A stretch of 64,000 bases of DNA from positions 896,001 through 960,000 of the forward strand of contig CAWJQQ010000001.1 in assembly GCA_963845065.1 (NCBI GenBank), written 5' to 3'. The translations under genes and the position numbers were made by a program. The stretch is from Nitrospirota bacterium (GTDB lineage Bacteria; Nitrospirota; UBA9217). The notes beneath the pieces were generated by a model that was not told where the DNA came from, did no database searches, and saw only the letters and a program-made list of their open reading frames with translations. Positions 60,629 through 64,000 of this stretch are shown here, piece after piece; the first letter of the stretch is position 1; each line of letters begins with the position of its first letter.

Positions 60629-63052
60629 ATGATTTTATACCGTAAGATTATTCCGGTGCTTCTCCTGTTATTCATATCGGCATGTGGTCCGAAGAAGGTT
60701 ATTCCGATTGATAGCGCCGGTGGTATGGGAGCCCTTCGCTCCAAGCCAAAATCTCTCGCACAACAATATTCAGTGGCCGTACGTCTAAAAGACCCAGAAC
60801 TGGGTCTTAGGAACGCTCTTGATGCTTTGCAGGCAGGAAATTATAACACTGCGTTCCTTTTTTCGAAGCGTGTAGCGGAACGGTATCCCGGGACTGTCTG
60901 GTATAAACGTTCCCTTTTTGTGTCCGAACAGGCCCTGATTCAACTCGATCGCGCATCAGAAGCCGATGCAGCCATGCTTCGCGTCTGTGATGAATATCCA
61001 GAGCTAGCCGATTACGCAGTTTATTTGCTGGCAGACTATCATTATTCCAAGGCCCAGTATAGTCAGGCTGTTGCCCTCTATGAGGTCGTGATGGATAAAT
61101 ATCCCCGGAGCGCCGTCGCAGTCAGAGCGGCATACCGCCGGGGCCTCGCTCTTCACGCCTCCTCATCTTATCTTCCCGCCATCGACGCATTTAATAAGTT
61201 CCTAGAGGATTATCCACGGTCCGATCTGGCACCAGATGCAGGCATTGGGCTCGCGCGGGCATTGACCGCTGATGCGCAATTGGAGCGTGCCGTTCTAGCC
61301 TACCGTGACGTATGGATACGGCATTCTGGTACAGATGCGGATCAGGAAGCGGAACAGGCTCTCCAGGAATTGAAAGCCAGCGGAGTCCTGGTAACCGACT
61401 TCACGGCTGCCGAACTGTACGAACGAGGGGAAAATCTTTTCCGGCTGAATCAATACGATAAAACCGTAGAGGCGTTCACAAAGCTGCTCGAACGTGACCC
61501 GTCCTTTCCAAACCGCGCAGACGTGCTGTTCCGGATCGGCATATCGCTATTTAACCTCGCAAAGCGCGGCGAAGCCGCAGCGGTCCTGGAAAAGATGGTG
61601 CACGACTATCCTGCCGATGCCCGGACGCCGGAAGCGTTGTACTGGCTCGGTAAATCGTATAGTAAGCTTGGAGACTGGGATCGGAGCGTAAAGACGTTCC
61701 AGAAGGTCCTTGATCGTTTTCCAGGGAGTGAGTGGGCAGAAGACGCTTTGTTTCTTACCGGAAATATTTACCGAGAAGCAGGCGACATGAAGAAGGCGTT
61801 CCAAAATTACTCACGCCTTGAACAGGATTATCCGGACAGCAACTTCGCAGACAGCGCCATATGGTGGAGGGCCTGGTCACACTATACTGCCGGGGACTAT
61901 ATAAAAGCAGAACAAGCCCTGCAGGAACTGATCAGCAGATATCCTCGCTCCTTTCTGGTGAACCAGGCACGTTACTGGCAAGGTAGGGCTGCTGAAAAAA
62001 GGGGTGAGCTGGCCCGTGCGATAGGGTACTATGGACAGGTTCTTAAGAAAGGCCCATATACCTATTATGGGAACCGCGCCGCGGAGCGTAATCAACGGCT
62101 GGAGGCCGCTGGCACTGTCAGTAATGCCAACGATAAAACCAGTACCAAGCCTGGAACAATCTGCGTCAATATCTCCTGCTCTGAAGATATCTTAAGCTCC
62201 TTCGGGACCGATGACGGTCCTCCGGAATGGACTGAAGAGACGAAGCAAGTACTTGAAGCCAATCCTTCGTTCCAGAAAGCCTTCGAGCTAATGCAACTGG
62301 AATTGAATAAAGAGGCAGCGCAGGAACTGTGGACTCTTCAGGACACCATGCGGAGAAGGAATGGCATGCTCATCGGTCTCAGCAAAGCTTTTTTCAAACT
62401 TGGCGATTATAACCGTTCTCTCATACTAGTGCTTAAAAATTATGAGCAATATCTTCCGGCTCCGAATAAAGGAGTCTCTGAGGACCTGTGGCTGCTTGCT
62501 TATCCGCAGGGCTATTGGGAAAGCATTCTGTCCTATTGTCGGAAATACGGTCAGGACCCTTATTTCATCGCTGCCATTATCCGTGAGGAGAGCCAGTTTT
62601 CCCCCACTGCACTTTCTCCAACAGGGGCAAGAGGTCTGATGCAAGTGATGCCGACAACCGGGGAGCGTGCTGCGCATCTGATTAAACTCAAAAGTTTTGA
62701 TCGAGGGAAACTTTTCGAAATAGACACTGCAATCAATATAGGAACGTGGTACATCGGCCAATTGATGAAACGGTTCAAAAACGATCCGCTCCTTGTTGCG
62801 GCAGCGTATAACGCTGGGCCTGAGGCTGTGGATGCATGGCTCACAAAATACAATTACGAGGGAGACCGTGAGGCCTTTGTTGAGGAAATTCCCTTCGCCG
62901 AGACCCGAGGATATGTAAAAAAGGTGCTGCGAAATTACGCGGAGTACAAAAGGATATACGGCAAACCGAAGGTATCGACGGAAAGTACGCAGACCCAATA
63001 CTTAGACGGAACCGTGTCGAAAAAAACAGGAATGGACAGCCAAAATCCGTGA
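60629..63052 (+). CDS. TPR-containing soluble lytic transglycosylase (lipoprotein)
   Basis: Lipobox ISAC; many TPRs; IIREES, GLMQVMPTT, AAYNAGP, ETRGYVKKV. Confidence 0.92.
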   Translation: MILYRKIIPVLLLLFISACGPKKVIPIDSAGGMGALRSKPKSLAQQYSVAVRLKDPELGLRNALDALQAGNYNTAFLFSKRVAERYPGTVWYKRSLFVSEQALIQLDRASEADAAMLRVCDEYPELADYAVYLLADYHYSKAQYSQAVALYEVVMDKYPRSAVAVRAAYRRGLALHASSSYLPAIDAFNKFLEDYPRSDLAPDAGIGLARALTADAQLERAVLAYRDVWIRHSGTDADQEAEQALQELKASGVLVTDFTAAELYERGENLFRLNQYDKTVEAFTKLLERDPSFPNRADVLFRIGISLFNLAKRGEAAAVLEKMVHDYPADARTPEALYWLGKSYSKLGDWDRSVKTFQKVLDRFPGSEWAEDALFLTGNIYREAGDMKKAFQNYSRLEQDYPDSNFADSAIWWRAWSHYTAGDYIKAEQALQELISRYPRSFLVNQARYWQGRAAEKRGELARAIGYYGQVLKKGPYTYYGNRAAERNQRLEAAGTVSNANDKTSTKPGTICVNISCSEDILSSFGTDDGPPEWTEETKQVLEANPSFQKAFELMQLELNKEAAQELWTLQDTMRRRNGMLIGLSKAFFKLGDYNRSLILVLKNYEQYLPAPNKGVSEDLWLLAYPQGYWESILSYCRKYGQDPYFIAAIIREESQFSPTALSPTGARGLMQVMPTTGERAAHLIKLKSFDRGKLFEIDTAINIGTWYIGQLMKRFKNDPLLVAAAYNAGPEAVDAWLTKYNYEGDREAFVEEIPFAETRGYVKKVLRNYAEYKRIYGKPKVSTESTQTQYLDGTVSKKTGMDSQNP

Positions 63053-63079
63053 AATCCCGCGCGGGCGTGAGAGTTAGGT

Positions 63080-63334
63080 ATGCAGGCTAGTCGGAGCGAG
63101 AAAAATTTGGTGAACAACCTTGAGGCACGTTTCGGCGTAATAGAAAAACGGGTGCGGGCGCTAGTTGAGGAAAACAATGATCTCAAGGCTCGCCTAAGCG
63201 AACTTGAGGAGGAACTGGTACAAGCGAAACGCGACGCTCAGGAGCTGGAACACTTTCATGGCAAGGTACTGCATATCCGGGAAAAAATCGAGAGGGTTCT
63301 GCAGCAACTCGATTCGGTCGGGACCAAGAAATAG
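63080..63334 (+). CDS. Small coiled-coil protein (ZapB-like)
   Basis: Heptad-rich; C-term IREKIERVLQQL. Confidence 0.6.
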   Translation: MQASRSEKNLVNNLEARFGVIEKRVRALVEENNDLKARLSELEEELVQAKRDAQELEHFHGKVLHIREKIERVLQQLDSVGTKK

Positions 63335-63372
63335 GAAAGGAGCCGTCGGCTTGTAGTGTACATGATATTGAC

Positions 63373-64000
63373 ATGAGCCAAGATGATATTTATTATAAAA
63401 CGCTTCTCGAAAATCTTTATGACGGTGTCTATTTTGTGGATCGCGACCGGAATATCATGCGCTGGAGTAAAGGCGCAGAACGCATTACAGGATATACAGC
63501 TGCTGAAGTGCTCGGCAAATCCTGCTCTGACAATATACTCCTGCACGTGGATAAAGACGGGAATAGCCTGTGCTCGGAGATCTGCCCGCTTTTGAACACA
63601 ATAGACGATGGCAGAGACCGGAACGCTGAAGTCTATCTGCGCCATAAGGATGGGCATCGTGTTCCAATCAAGATGCACGTTGCCGCCATCCCTGATGAGA
63701 ATGGCTTGACCATCGGAGGCATTGAAGTCTTTACAGACAACACGCCGGCTGCAACTGCCCTCGAACGGCTTGCTGAACTCGAACGGATGGCTTATATTGA
63801 TGAGCTCACCGGGCTCGCAAACCGACGTTACGCTGAGATCACGTTAAGGTCGCGGATCGAGGAATTGCAGCGGTATGGGTGGCGATTCGGAGTTCTTTTT
63901 ATCGATATTGACCGCTTCAAAAACATCAATGATCGGTACGGTCACGACCTTGGCGACGAAGTGCTAAAGATGGTCGCCAAGACGCTCCAGAACAGCATCC
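63373..64000 (+). CDS. PAS-GGDEF diguanylate cyclase (3' end outside window)
   Basis: MSQDDIYYKTLLENLYDGVYFVDRD..GAERITGY; DELTGLANRR; DIDRFKNINDRYGHDLGDEVL. Confidence 0.9.
   Translation, partial: MSQDDIYYKTLLENLYDGVYFVDRDRNIMRWSKGAERITGYTAAEVLGKSCSDNILLHVDKDGNSLCSEICPLLNTIDDGRDRNAEVYLRHKDGHRVPIKMHVAAIPDENGLTIGGIEVFTDNTPAATALERLAELERMAYIDELTGLANRRYAEITLRSRIEELQRYGWRFGVLFIDIDRFKNINDRYGHDLGDEVLKMVAKTLQNSI

Overview
Bacterial chromosomal window, probably from an anaerobic Nitrospirota or Desulfobacterota-like organism (inferred from gene content and protein style only). 1-13 kb: 3' end of glnE; a collapsed relic of one hydrogenase-related (Ehr/Hyf-like) operon; then an intact paralogous Ehr operon (hyfB-C-E-F, a large subunit with no Ni-binding cysteines, and a small subunit) interrupted by an intact IS1380-family element with 16-bp IRs and a TTAAT duplication. 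13-31 kb is accessory and decaying DNA: IS3 remnants, an uncharacterised membrane protein plus lipoprotein pair, a sigma54 activator, a stand-alone ThDP enzyme, a frameshifted dsrC/tusE pseudogene, a sigma54-promoted sulfite-reductase-TusA fusion, cysW/cysA remnants, cysK, nifU-nifS, a GNAT and two divergent tatA genes. 31-64 kb is mostly housekeeping (rmuC, nadA, era, dedA, recO, lnt, two hfq-like genes with three Sm domains, queD, pmbA, hflX, a heptosyltransferase, ubiX, argS, tgt-yajC-secD-secF, slt, a PAS-GGDEF gene). It also holds non-coding mobile-RNA relics: an internally deleted IS110 that keeps its long right-end non-coding region, scattered IS200/IS605 ends with a deleted tnpB, and an ORF-less group II intron inserted in an IS605-type right end that carries a second ORF-less intron with an atypical domain V. 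All calls are by eye; no database searches were run.
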